From: Octopus sinensis
Taxonomy: Eukaryota
Direction: 5' to 3'
DNA: 64,000 bases
NCBI RefSeq assembly: GCF_006345805.1
Contig: NC_043009.1
Coordinates: 53,816,001-53,880,000, forward strand
This document shows positions 41,761 to 55,339 of this stretch, in pieces; position 1 is the first letter of the stretch, and every line of letters begins with the position of its first letter. The translations under genes and the position numbers were made by a program. The notes beneath the pieces were generated by a model that worked only from the letters and a program-made list of their open reading frames with translations, searched no databases and had not been told where the DNA came from.

Positions 41761-43677
41761 ATATATATATATATATATATACTTGTGTGAGTATATATAC
41801 ACACATAATACCTATATATATATGTGTGTGTGTGTGTGTATTATATTATATTTTATGTGCGTATGTGTGTGTGCGTGTTTGTGTAAATGAATATCTGTAT
41901 ACGGTGATGACCGCTGTCTACTCATGACCGAGGAAGACCATACTGACCATTCCCTATGCAAAATGCCACCCGCGGGGTTGCACTACCAGTCGGGTTGCAC
42001 CAGCAGTTGGATTTGCCCCAGGAGTCGGGTTCACCCGGTTTCGCGTCCGCAACTTCCAAGCTTATTGCGGGGCCCTCCTTCTTGACCGGGTCAGCAATTG
42101 CACAACCTAAAATTTTAGATCTAATAATGCTTCCAGAGCACCTCACAGATCCTCTGCAACCTACTGACATGATCTAGAGACGCGTCAGGGAAACTATCCA
42201 GTGGTGAGGTGTGTCGCAATCTCAGGAATATGGAAACACCATGTTCTATAGCAAAAGCAAAATATTCCTGAAATGTGCTATGCTATTCCCTGTACATCTG
42301 ATTTTTAATCAGAGTGACCTTCTCCTAGAAAAAGAATTCATGAAAAAGCTAAGCAATGCCTCATTCCCAGTAATCTTCCAGCATACCAGACACCAATCTG
42401 GAATTTTTGAGAGCCCAAACCCGGTATACACTAGTATAACCATATTTTGCAGAGAAGGCCTAAAAAGACGGAAATATGTAAACTTTTGTTAATCTTACTT
42501 CCCAAAACCTAAATTAGCTATTCATTGTATATCTCGAACAGCTGTTTACAAAATTTGCTAAAGTAAATCAGGATTTCGAATTTACCACAACAGAATTTTT
42601 TTAACAAGAGTTATAAACGCAAATGACGTTTATTGTAAATGTAATGCGAATAACTATTTCTTATTGACCTACTATATTAAATATATTAAAGTCAGTTTAT
42701 GTAACTTAAAAGGGATTAATTGATTTAACAGTACATCCCTGTTTTGGTAGATTAGACTAAATTCTAAAATGTCAAGAAATACAGATGCTCTGGTATCTAA
42801 TTTACTGATAATAAACCCCACAAAGATACTATAAATAACTTATTGTGTATGGCACACGTCTAGACATTAACACCGTATTTTAATACGTGCTGTACAAGCA
42901 CTTGGTGCAACGCCTCACCTGTTCATATAACAATAACAATAAGCAGCAGTGATAGTGGTGTAGAAATGTCCAGGTGTCAATATAAGATCACCATTCCAAA
43001 GTAATAAAAAATATATAAATAAATGAACATTAAAATTAATGTAATCACATACATGTTTGAAATACTTATAAAATACTGAAAAAAAAAATATTAAAAGTAT
43101 TATATTGTATATGTATATGTATGAATACACAACACACACACACACGCACACATACACACATATACTCGTATATATAATATATATATATACGTTATTTTTG
43201 TTATAAAAGATACATAAAATTACATACACAAACCACACACATATATATATTACATATATATATTTATATATATATTATATATATATATATATACAAACCT
43301 TTACAAGCACACACACTTAAGCACAGGAGTATATACATGTTTATATATTATATTAAATATGTATATAAATATACATATATATATACATGTATATATATAC
43401 AATTTATATTATATATATATTCATATATATATTATTATAATATATATATAATATTGTGCACACACATACACTCAAGACAAGTCAGATATGACGTCAATTC
43501 ACAGACTAAAATTTACTTTATATACATTAATTTCTTTACAGGTATATTTTTCTTATAGACTATAACTTGTTTGAAAATTTTCTTTTGTATTTATAATTTT
43601 GATATTATCTCATAACATTACGTAATTGATGTGGAAAGAAGCTTCTCTTATAGTATTTAACATGATATTTCGTTGAT

Positions 43678-43829
43678 TCAATTCAGCAGTTTAGTTTTGG
43701 ACACATCTCTGAATGGTGCAGTCAATGCATTTGACGGTGTAGTTGAAGTTCTTGACGTCAATTTTGTAAACATCCCTAATTTAGTGACTACGTCATCGTC
43801 GGTCGCATTAAACATAGCAGACCGGTTTC
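43678..43829 (-). CDS. Candidate terminal coding exon (NRSAMFNATDDDVVTKLGMFTKLTSRTSTTPSNALTAPFRDVSKTKLLN*)
   Basis: Acceptor CTAATTTCAG, 49 open codons to TGA in a GC-richer island; product unrecognised. Confidence 0.3.
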
Positions 43830-44392
43830 CTGAAATTAGATTGTTCACTGTAAAAGAGGAATGACGTTTGAGAATACGTCATCCTTAATTTACAAATCGG
43901 ACAAACAGACAGAGAAAGAATGTTTGTATATTGCGCTCTATGGTTCAGAGACGACCTAAGAAAAATCAATTGCTAGGAGGACACCGCGTTTCGTTTTGCA
44001 ACCATAATATACTCTGAATTATATTAAAAGCTTATAAGCCAATACAATTACTATATACACACCAGCTCCCGGGATATGCTTCAATTGTAGTGAGTACTTA
44101 AGCAGGCCCTGAGTGCTTAATGAGTTGGATGTGGTGCTGAAGAAGTGACAAAGACCCCTGACATATGTATATATACCATTTACCTTTCTGCAAACACATA
44201 GTTTACATAGAAGTATTTGTATATGAAACGTCGTAACTTTTAGTGCTGGATCTAGTTTCTGCCGAAAATTTGCATAGATAACTTTTAAAAGCGATTGAAT
44301 CCCACTGCTAACACAGGTGGGACACGTCATTGCTATGGTTGTAAAGAGAAATACGTTGGCTATATACATACTTACATACACACATACATAAC

Positions 44393-44464
<72 letters not shown>

Positions 44465-44519
44465 ACGCTTATATATTTGTTGTGCAAGATTTTTTATGTG
44501 AAGTCGTGTGTTGAAACAG

Positions 44520-45431
44520 ATATTGTTATATTTCGGAATGGTCATTTTGCCAGTTTAGCCAATAAAAACACACGCATTATATATATTTTATATTTGGTGT
44601 TACTTTGCTTCAGTGTTAACTATTTTTTACCTTAATCTTAATCTTATTTCGGCCAGAGTTCTTTCGTTACACTCCTGTGACCGCATCAGTGGTCCTTGGT
44701 TTTCTCTTTTCTTATTTGTGTCTCTCCTTACTAACAGTAAGTTTTTACTGGCTAAATTGGCAAAATGACCATTCCAAAATATAACAATATATATATATAT
44801 ATATATATGCTTGTTAAGCATACTACCTACACTTTCGTACAAATTTTATAATTCATAGATATTTAATGCTATTGCACCTGCGATCCACCTACATCAATTT
44901 TATAATTCAACCACAGATGAAATGAACAGTAGTGACATCTGATTTCAAATCTCAGTGTTTGAATGTTTTGCTTATAAAATTTTATGTCGCAAAACAAAAC
45001 CAGTTGCACAGTCAGAGTTTAACGTGACAGTCATGGATTATGACCCGCTAAGCTACACTGACTAGACTTAGGGTTTAAATACCTAGAAGCCAAAACCTGG
45101 TATGTGGATATCCCTAATTGCATAATATTTTTATTTGTGCTGTTAAATGTTTTAATCCTTTCTCTTTCCCTCGTATACTGTTTTTCTCTGTTATCTTGGT
45201 GCGGTACAGTGGATAAATTTAAGAATTTAGCTCTTATTTCTAGCAGGTCGATGCTAGTTAAGCATCCTTACGCTTCGTACAAATTTTATAATTCATAGTT
45301 ACGTAATGCTATTGCGCCTGCGATCCACCTATGCTACTGCTGGTGATATCAATTTTAAAATTTATCCACAGATGATATGAACAGTAGTGACATTTGATTT
45401 CAAATCTCAGTGTTTGAATGTTTTGCTTATA
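44520..45431. repeat. 50-bp inverted pair (44520-44569 / 44741-44790) followed by a ~165-bp direct repeat (44813-44976 / 45257-45431)
   Basis: Direct comparison of the sequence; direct-repeat offset is 444 nt. Confidence 0.75.
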
Positions 45432-46166
45432 TATATATATAAGGGTAGAGCGAAAAATGCAGCTTTCGAAATTGGTAAGCAATAATCGATATTTTGTGCG
45501 AATTAGGGTTAGAAGAATGGTGAAAGATCATTGGCGGAATAGAATATGCAGTATCTAAACAAAACTTTCGGAGCTTTATTAGTAAGAATCGGTCAGGTCA
45601 CACGCGCCCTTCTACATCAGCGAAGGAAATTTTTCAGATTTTCGGTTTAACTGACTCAATCGTAAACAGGAGTTGGATGCCTTTTGGCAAAGAAGAATTA
45701 TCTTTTCTGCTACAATCTTGAAATTTTGTTTAATTTATTTTAACATGTGAGTAAGCTCGACCTCATGTTACACATATAATCGGTAACCTAATATTGAAAA
45801 TAATAAAGAAAACAAATTCGAAACGTCTATTTATCTTATATAATTTTGAAATTTTAAATGCGTTGCGGAGCTTGGAGATATAAATTTGAGATCTTGATAT
45901 TTCAACACCATCGGTTTTCAAAGATTTTGCAAGAGAAAAGCGACTCGTAATAATAAATATAAAAAACAAAATGAGGAACGGCAAACATGTTTTAAATTGA
46001 TTTTTCGCTCATTATTTCAAATTTCAAGCGGGTTGCGGGACTTGAGAATGTAAACATAAGAACTTCAGATTTTAGCACAGTTGTTTTAAAGGATTTCGCA
46101 ATACCAAATTATTCTTAAGAACAAATGACGAAAATTTGTGTAAAAAGTACATTTTTCGCATATATA

Positions 46167-46200
<34 letters not shown>

Positions 46201-46500
46201 AAGAGAGAAAGAGAGGGAGAGGGAGAGGGAGAGAGAGACATGCACATACATATATACTCTTTTACACATTTCACATTTGATTTTACACATTTGATTGCGG
46301 CCATTCTGAAAAACCGCATTTAGTGGAAGAAATCGACCTAGGACATATTCTTTGTAAGCCTAGTACGTCTTCTATCAGTCTCTGTTGCCAAACTATTGCT
46401 TCGGGGCTATAAACACACCAACATCAATTGTCAAGTAAAGGGGTGGGCAAACACAGACTCAAAGGCACACATACATATATATATGTGTATATATACATAT

Positions 46501-46682
46501 ACTCTTTTACTTGTTTCAGTCATTTGAGTGCGGCCATGCTGGAGCACCGCCTTTAGTCGAGCAAATCGACCCCGGGACTTATTCTTTGTAAGCTCAGTAC
46601 TTATTCTATCGGTCTCTTTTGCCGAACCGCTAAGTGACCGGACGTAAACACACACCAGCATCGGTTGACAAACACATACACA

Positions 46683-46738
<56 letters not shown>

Positions 46739-46913
46739 ATATACATATATACGACAGGCTTCTTTCAGTTTCCGTCTACCAAATCCACTCACAAGGCATT
46801 GGTCGGCCCGGGCTATAGCAGAAGACTTTTGCCAAGATGCAACGCAGTGGGATTGAACCCAGAACCATGTGGTTGGTTAGCAAGCTACTTACCACACAGC
46901 CACTCCTGCGCCT
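46501..46913 (-). mobile_element. SINE family D
   Basis: Reverse complement of the 37115-37525 family; a partial extra 3' piece lies at 46325-46445. Confidence 0.85.
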
Positions 46914-46930
46914 GTAATATATATATATAT

Positions 46931-46983
<53 letters not shown>

Positions 46984-47020
46984 ATAGATAGATATAGATA
47001 GATAGATAGATAGATAGATC

Positions 47021-47076
<56 letters not shown>

Positions 47077-47889
47077 TAGATATAGATATATATGCTGTTG
47101 GCTAAATCTAAACCAACAGACATATGTATTTCTGTAGTATTGTGATGCAGCTTTGTTTTTTCTCATTTATTTTTCAGTTATCTACATATTTATTTATTTG
47201 TCTGTTATTCAGTTACAGCGTAGTTATAAATGCATAATCTGCTTTGTTTTAAGGTTTCAGGGAGAACTAGCACCTCCATTTAAAAGGTCGAGTAATGTTA
47301 CAGCAATAAGTGACTTTGGTTCCTTTGAATGTGACATTTAATAATAAAAAGCATTCATAGTTTGAATTTAAATGAGCGGCATCATTACAATCTTCATAAA
47401 TCTCTGAATGAATTAATATAATATTTATATTTGCTCCGTGATTTTTATACAAATTTATCAAAAAACCTGATATATTTCTTTTTATTCTACACATTATATC
47501 AGAGATATCAGCAACAACATAGATTAGAAACTAGATAGTATTATATATGTATTATTCATTTTTTTCAAGGGAATTTTCAATATATCATAATGAATGCTTT
47601 TGAATTATACCGAGTCAGCATGACCAGATAATTCTATCCAATATTCGACCCTTTAATTCAATTGCCATCACTTTTATCCAGTACCGGATGGTTTATTTCT
47701 AGATATTCAGAGATTATAAGCGCCAGTTTCATATATTTATGGTTTAAATTCAAAGTGCGTATTCTCTTTTAAATTTCCGCCTAATGATATAATTTTCTTT
47801 TTGTGCTATCTCTAGTATGTATATGTATATATATATATATATAATATATATAAGAAAGTATTATATATATGTATATATATATATATTAT

Positions 47890-47944
<55 letters not shown>

Positions 47945-47973
47945 ATATATAATATATATATATATATAATATG

Positions 47974-48099
<126 letters not shown>

Positions 48100-48643
48100 A
48101 TACATATATACATATATACAATTATATATATATATATATGTAATATGTATTATATACACACACATATAAATATATATATATATATATAGGTCTGTGTATA
48201 TGTGTGTGTACACGTGTATTTGTGTGTGTATATATCTATGTGTGTATTTTGGGGCTTTATATTCTTGGTTGTGTTAAGAATTGTGCTGCGTTAGTGTGTC
48301 TGTCCTTCGTAGCTAATTGACCTTTAGTGCTAATATTCGCTCACGGTCTTACTTATATATGAGTGAAAACAATAGCCGCTCAATAATCACCAGATAAAAT
48401 GAAAAGAGAGACCAACATTAATAACACCAAATAAACGAACGAATGTGTGCTGCAGCCATACGAGTTTATATAGAAAAAGCTGTTATTTACATAGATCTGA
48501 TCATTTGGGAATCACAATGCAGAACTCTGCATATTTGTGTGCGTGTATATATATATATAATATATATATATAATATATATATATATATATTATATATAAT
48601 ATATACTATATATATATATATATATTATATATATATATATATA

Positions 48644-48717
<74 letters not shown>

Positions 48718-48734
48718 GGAGAATTAGCAAAAGA

Positions 48735-48890
48735 GCAAAATATGAAAACAGGTGGTGTAGACAATAAACAGATGTATTAGTATAACGCTTGAGAACTGAA
48801 AAAGTCTACAACGTTTCGAGCCTACGATCTTGCACAGGAAGGAACACAGAAAGAAACAGGGAGAGAAAATAAAGAATGTGTATTGGATAT
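48735..48890 (-). mobile_element. Diverged copy of the minimal-hammerhead-like repeat family
   Basis: Minus strand reads CTTC-CTGTGCA-A-GATC-GTAG-GCTC-GAA-ACGT-T-GTAG (48841-48806), within the same pyrimidine-rich context. Confidence 0.5.
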
Positions 48891-48973
48891 GCATATATAT
48901 ATACATACATACATTCATACATACATAAAAGTAATGATAATAAAAGAAAATATGTAATGACCATTATTTATAC

Positions 48974-49073
48974 NNNNNNNNNNNNNNNNNNNNNNNNNNN
49001 NNNNNNNNNNNNNNNNNNNNNNNNNNNNNNNNNNNNNNNNNNNNNNNNNNNNNNNNNNNNNNNNNNNNNNNNN
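48974..49073. other. Assembly gap, exactly 100 N
   Basis: Run of n; a fixed-size placeholder, true size unknown. Confidence 0.99.
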
Positions 49074-49739
49074 ACATTCTAGAAGCCGATGCTTCAGCTG
49101 TTGATTCTTTGTTTTACTTTTTATTATCTCATAATGAAGGAAAGAATATTTGACGTTCCATTTACAACAAATGTGTGCAAAAATACGCATCAAAATAATG
49201 AGGCGTGTCCCGCTCCAAATTTAACTGGAACCTGCTAAAAAGAGGCTGTCCTACATTTTATATTTTTAAACTCGGCTTTCGTGGCGGAGACCAGTTATCA
49301 AATGCACTCAAGTCTTGAATTATTTTCTATATGAATTACTATATCAATTCCTCTAATAATATTTCTATATAATTTCTTATAATATTTTTCCATATTATTC
49401 TATATAACTCTGAAAACATTGCCTAATATCTAATTTTAATATGACAGCATGGTGTCTTTCCTGACAGATTTGGTTGTTATTGCTACATGGACAAATGATG
49501 TTAATATAATTCTGATGATCGACAGATACCTGGAAGGTGTTTAAACCAGTTTGTTGTTTGTGATACTGGAGAAGCGCTAGAATGTTCTTCGAAATTTTAT
49601 TAAATATTGTGTGATAAAATATTAAACACTCTCAGAAAACCCCCTACTTCCAGAAGGACACATACTAAATAATTTGGTAAACTGAAATTAAACTTTACTG
49701 GAATTATATATATATGTATATATTATATATATATAATAT

Positions 49740-49771
<32 letters not shown>

Positions 49772-50299
49772 ATATAATATATATGTGTGTGGGTGTGTGT
49801 GTGTGTGTGTGTGTGTTTGTCCAGGATAGGACTACACAGCGACAGCAGGAAATGTATCAGGACATGAAATGTAAAAGCCGGACTAGACTACTTTATGTGC
49901 AACTCCATTGTCTCCCGAGACAAAAAGGATGCCAACAACAATATAATTCAAGTAAAGTTTAATTTATATATATATGCAATCTTCTCAGAGGAAAAAGGAA
50001 ACAAAATGCATCAATAAGACATTTAACCGGTTAAAATGTTTTATCGGTGCGTTTGATTTCTTTCTTTCCCTGATGAGAATATTGCATTGTTTTACCATTT
50101 TATTCCTTCTGCAATAATACCAATGTTTTCTTCGAAACATATGTTGGAAGTAAAAAGATTTGAATAACACGTGCGTTTAACTCCATTTAGTTATCTATCT
50201 ATCTACTCCTCTCTCTCTTTCTCTCTCTCTCTCTCTTATATATTATATATATAATATATAATATATATATATATAAAGTAATCCAAACAAGAAAACACA

Positions 50300-50460
50300 C
50301 AAAAACAAAAAAAACACTACAACGAGAGGACGTGGAACAAATAAAGTATTATTGGACGCTCAGGAAAGAAGGGAAGAAGGAGGGTTTAACGTTTCGAGCG
50401 GAGCTCTTCGTCGGAAACATAGGAGAAGGGAAGACAGAGGAAAAAAATCGCCAGCGGTAC
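50300..50460 (-). mobile_element. Related repeat with a minimal hammerhead-like motif (50384-50418)
   Basis: Minus strand reads GTTT-CCGACGA-A-GAGC-TCC-GCTC-GAA-ACGT-T-AAAC, with downstream TTCCTGAGCG..AATA resembling the 17.3/54.6-kb copies. Confidence 0.55.
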
Positions 50461-50587
50461 TCACGAGGTCACATATATATAATATATATATATATATATA
50501 TCAACAATTGAGGGTAAAATTAATTAATGAATTTCACCAAGTGTTCAGTATGTAAAAGGACCATTTAAGGCGAATTCAAAATATTAC

Positions 50588-50758
50588 ATTATATAATTAG
50601 GGCTTAGTAAAATAAATTACTTTGCCACATATGAACTTAGTAGAAATAGCAGTAGAAATAGTAGTAGAAATGGCTAAAAAAAATTTTTTTGGCTGCTATT
50701 TCTACTAAGTTCAGTATGTGGCAAAGTAATTTATTTTACTAAGCCCTAATTATATAAT
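50588..50758. repeat. Fold-back with ~65-bp arms (MITE-like)
   Basis: 50588-50652 is the reverse complement of 50693-50758 apart from a small indel. Confidence 0.8.
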
Positions 50759-52595
50759 ATATATATATATATATATTATAATATATATATATATATATAT
50801 AATATATATATATATATAATGTATTCTAAAAATTTTAATACAAACAGAACATAGGACGTTGCTAATTTCTCGTCAGTTATCGTAAAAAGATCATTACAAT
50901 GTCATGACTCTGACAGATAGAAAACCAGAGCGAAAGGTGAAAAAATTGAGTTGACGTGAAAGAGTCGAGAGAAAGTGAATGTTCGAGTCAAAAGTGAAGC
51001 AAATGTACATGTATGTATGTATGTATGTATGTATGGATATATATATAGTTAGATATATAGACAGGTAGATGTGTGTGTACTTATTCTAATTTACGGTGGT
51101 ATAAATAAACCAACATCGGTTGTCAAGTGATGGACAAACACAAGCACACACAAACATGCCTGTGTCTATATATATATATATTTATATATTGATGTGTGTG
51201 TATATGAATGCATGTATATATACGCATACATATATGAATATATGGAGGGGAAGATGGGGAATTCTATAAGCATATCAAATTTACCTATTTTTCAGTAGGT
51301 TTTATTAATGGAGACCGACCTTCTTTTTGTTGAGCCTTATTACAATTTCATCAGCGATGTCTTCATCCCTAAACAAATTATAGAGAAACAATTAGCTACT
51401 CCTTTACATACACATCGGCATTAGTAGTTTCACATCAGTCTAGCTATCGATCTATCTATCTAACTCTATCTCTGTCTCTCTCTCTCATGATATGTATATA
51501 TATATATACGCATATTTATATATGTAAACGTACATATTCATATGTATATATATATATATATATACATCCCTATATGTATACGTACACTCATATGCATTAA
51601 AAGGCGTAACGTTAATTATGACTCAGATATTGGAGTACTTTTTAAAAAAAATATCGATACATATTCTAATATTTCAGTCTGTAAGGTTTCAAAACATCAC
51701 CAACAAAAATTCAAATGATAACAATAAACATCACGTGATGATTATTGATAACCGTGTGAGAAATTCTATACAATAACAATGATAGCACGCAATATGCTAT
51801 ATTCTCTTTTCTATCTTTTTTCTTTTTGAAGTTCAAATAGCCAGTAGCATAGAACGAAGAGTATTTGTTTTAATTGTTATATGTATACAGATTCCTTGTT
51901 AAGCCCATGACAAAAATATAAGATTACACATGTGATGGTTGTATCGTTACCAAGGAACCAATGAATAATTTATAAGACTTAATTAATTACCAGGGATGAT
52001 TTTATATTCTTTATATCTTTTGAGAATTTTTGTACTATATGTCTTTTTGGTAAAATTTAGAATATACTCGACGTATCATAAGGGAGAATCTAATATCACT
52101 ACAAAAAGAAAAACCGAATTAAGAAAATTAGATATATTATTAATCGATATTCATATTTAAGCGAAATTGTTAATGAAGTGGGGAAGAAGAGACAGCTAAA
52201 TATTCAAATTATATCTTTGCTTCTCCTTGTTGTGTTATATTACAATAGGCAAGAGAATAATGTTCAGAAATATGGAATACTGAGGAATGTGGGGTTTAAC
52301 ACTTGTGTAGCCATATTTCACTTCAAATACAAATTCTTTGTTTCTATTAATTTTGGGAATAAGAAAGAATAAGGTATAATAATTTTCCTTGCTATTAAGT
52401 TGATATTTGGAACCTAATTTAGCACGATATTTTAAAGATAAATCATAATTTAGATCACTATAAAACAGGAAGTTTGCCTCAAAACAAAAGGAAGTCTTGA
52501 TCGGGTTAGTATCAAAAGGGAGAATCGTGGAACTAAGACAGGAAAGTAATATAGGTGAATATCTCAACTACAATTGAACGTCCTTCTTTGTGCTC

Positions 52596-53000
52596 TATGT
52601 TATTGCTTGATGAGGCTGGGGTCATCCCAGATTTGTGGTCTCAGACACGTCATCATGAGTAGAGCCGACCAGATCCACCAGTGCTCTTCATTGCTGGTGG
52701 TCCCATGCCAGCCCTTCTGTATCAGCCAAGGTGACGTTGAACCCCTGCAGATCTTCTCCATTAACGTCCAGCCATTTGGTGCGGGGCTTGCTATGAGGCT
52801 TCTTCCAGCACAGAGCTTCTGGATCGATGAAAGATAAGCCCTGGTAGAATGATCTAGCGGGAGACCAAAGACACATACATACCAGCACATGCAACGGATA
52901 GCTATGAGGCGAGAACCTGAGGGTGATGAGTGCGTGTGCGCATTTCGTTGTTGGAAATGTCATGGTACCAAATGATGTTCTCGATCGTTCTTAGGGCTCT
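52596..53000 (-). pseudogene. RTE-clade LINE ORF2 3' fragment
   Basis: Frameshifted translation ..LPLDHSTRAYL..WKKPHSKPRTKWLDVNGEDLQGFNVTLADTEGLAWDHQQ*RALVD matches the RTE-type C-terminal pattern WKRPRG(R/K)PRTRW. Confidence 0.7.
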
Positions 53001-53833
53001 GCTGTCAAGCTATTGATCCTCTTCAACAGTTATATTTGATAAAGTCGGCAACAGCCAAAGTTTGGCTTTAACGCTTTCATACATAAAGTATCAACAAGTT
53101 AGATTCAGTATCACGAACGTATATAACCTTAATATGTATACTTCAATAGGATGCGGTCACAGTTTTGTTCCTGCTGAGTGGAAGCTTCTGCAAGATTATT
53201 TCACCATAGTCTCGAGTCAAGAAAAAAAAATCAGGAGAGGGAAACTCAGGACACAAAAATCGTATGCAAGTCTGTCGAATAAATTTCAAATATAAATCAG
53301 AGATCCAGTCTTGTTGTACCATGTGACTCGTTCATTTCTGTCTTGATGATGATTTCAAGGCTATATACGTATGAGTGTATGTATGTATGTATTTAGTTAT
53401 GGAGGGATGGATTGATGTATATAAGTGTGTGTGTATGCACGCGCGCGTGTAATGCCCATTTGCTCGTTGATTCAATGAACAAGTAGTTCAACGAATTATG
53501 AAACCTCTGTATAATTATATATGTATGTATATATATATATATAATTGTAAAGAGGACAACAAACATTAAGGCAAGGCAAACATCTCAAGTTGTATACAAT
53601 ATTATTAATGAAAAAATTCAAAGTCTTACAGACAGCTGTTTCTGGGATATTCCCGACTATGGGATATTCCGTCATCAGAGACAAATAGGAAAAAATAGGG
53701 AAAACTGAGAAAGGTATATATATTAATGAGATTACGACATAGAGGAAGGGAGTAAAAAAATAAGGAGCTGGAAAGAAAGAAGAAATAAGAAGCATTGAAG
53801 TTTATAGATCAACTCCCGAAATTATAGAAACAA

Positions 53834-53887
53834 TGCAATCCTGCGTAGATCCATGAACGTAGCTCCATGGATCTACGCAGGATTGCA
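53834..53887. repeat. Perfect 22-bp stem, 10-nt loop hairpin
   Basis: TGCAATCCTGCGTAGATCCATG-AACGTAGCTC-CATGGATCTACGCAGGATTGCA. Confidence 0.9.
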
Positions 53888-53891
53888 CACT

Positions 53892-53925
<34 letters not shown>

Positions 53926-54504
53926 CGTTTATGTGCGTGTGTGTGTGAGAGAGAGAGAGAGTTCGATAGACACTGTGTATCTGTGAGAATGTGTAAATAT
54001 GTACATAAATACGTTTTATGCCAAAACACTTCATACTATGGCATCTGTTCATTCTGTCAGCCAGCACAACTGTTCATTATGCAGTGAAATGGGAAAAATG
54101 ATTGGCAGTGCGGAAGAGTGATATAACGGCCTCAATTGCATTATCAATGACTCATTTCAATGATTCTTTCTAGCAATGGCTTCGCTCGTGTACACGAAGG
54201 CAACCACTATATTTATATATGTGTGTGTGTGTATGTGTGTGTGTGTGTGTGTGCGTGCGTGTGTGTGTGTATACGTATGCTTGTATGTCTCCATAATCAG
54301 TGTGACAATTGTTTGTTAGTGTGCAACAAAGTATCGACAACCTGCAGTTCTTAACACCACAATCAAATGTCTCTTCTCTGTTAAAGGACAGGCAGATCGT
54401 CTCATACAGCATAGAATACAAACCAGATTGGAGATATAAAGGAAAATATCACAAAGAAACCATATGGAAGAAAATGTACGCCATGTTGTATCGTTAGCCC
54501 CTAC

Positions 54505-54716
54505 ACACATTTTTTTCTCTCTTTGTTTCTTTCCTTGTTTCTTTTCTGTGTATCTTTCTGTCGAAGAGCGTAGGCTCGAAACGTAAAAGACTTGTTTTAT
54601 TTATATTCCTGAGCGCCATACTAATACATTATTTGTTTGTACTCCACCTGCCTTCGTCTTTTTTTTATTTTCGTAAACCTGCCTTTGTCTTTTGTTTATT
54701 TTCGTAAACCCTCCCG

Positions 54717-54718
<2 letters not shown>
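54505..54718 (+). mobile_element. ~200-bp dispersed repeat with a minimal hammerhead-like motif (54553-54590)
   Basis: Copy of the 17.3-kb element; core reads CTGTCGA; followed by (TA)n. Confidence 0.6.
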
Positions 54719-54759
<41 letters not shown>

Positions 54760-54985
54760 TATAAATATATATATGTATATATATATATGTAGTGAGAGAC
54801 AGAGGTGGGGGAGAGAGAGGGAGAGAGAGAGGGAGAGAGAGAGGGAGAGAGGGAGAGGGAGAGAGAGATAATCTTCTTTATGCTGGATATGAAAATTAAA
54901 CTGAGACAGACAGATAGACAGACAGACCATCAGACAGACAGATTGATAGATATATATATAGATCGATCGATAGATAGATAGATGG

Positions 54986-55017
<32 letters not shown>

Positions 55018-55024
55018 TATATAT

Positions 55025-55071
<47 letters not shown>

Positions 55072-55244
55072 TATATACGTTAATACAATATCGAACAGTG
55101 AGAATGAGAGGTCATCACCGCATGTGGTGGATAAATATTCTTCATTGTGGGTCAACAGGATACCATTGGTTTCATTTTAAGAGAAATTCATGTCTTAACA
55201 ATTTTGATGCTCACCGCATGGGACCGTGGTATTATATGCATTTG

Positions 55245-55278
<34 letters not shown>

Positions 55279-55339
55279 ATTAAAATCAAGAATAAAATCT
55301 ATGTAGAATAAAATCAAGTAATTATCATATAAAAAAAAT

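Noticed and set aside
44019-44396. 125-aa minus-strand ORF as a host exon
   Set aside because: Starts in a microsatellite, splice phases do not match the neighbouring candidate exon, no recognisable protein.
44905-44960. Hammerhead at CAGATGA..GATTTCAAATC in the direct repeats
   Set aside because: GAAA is absent in both copies.
48915-49193. ORFs spanning the N run
   Set aside because: Artefacts of translating the scaffold gap.
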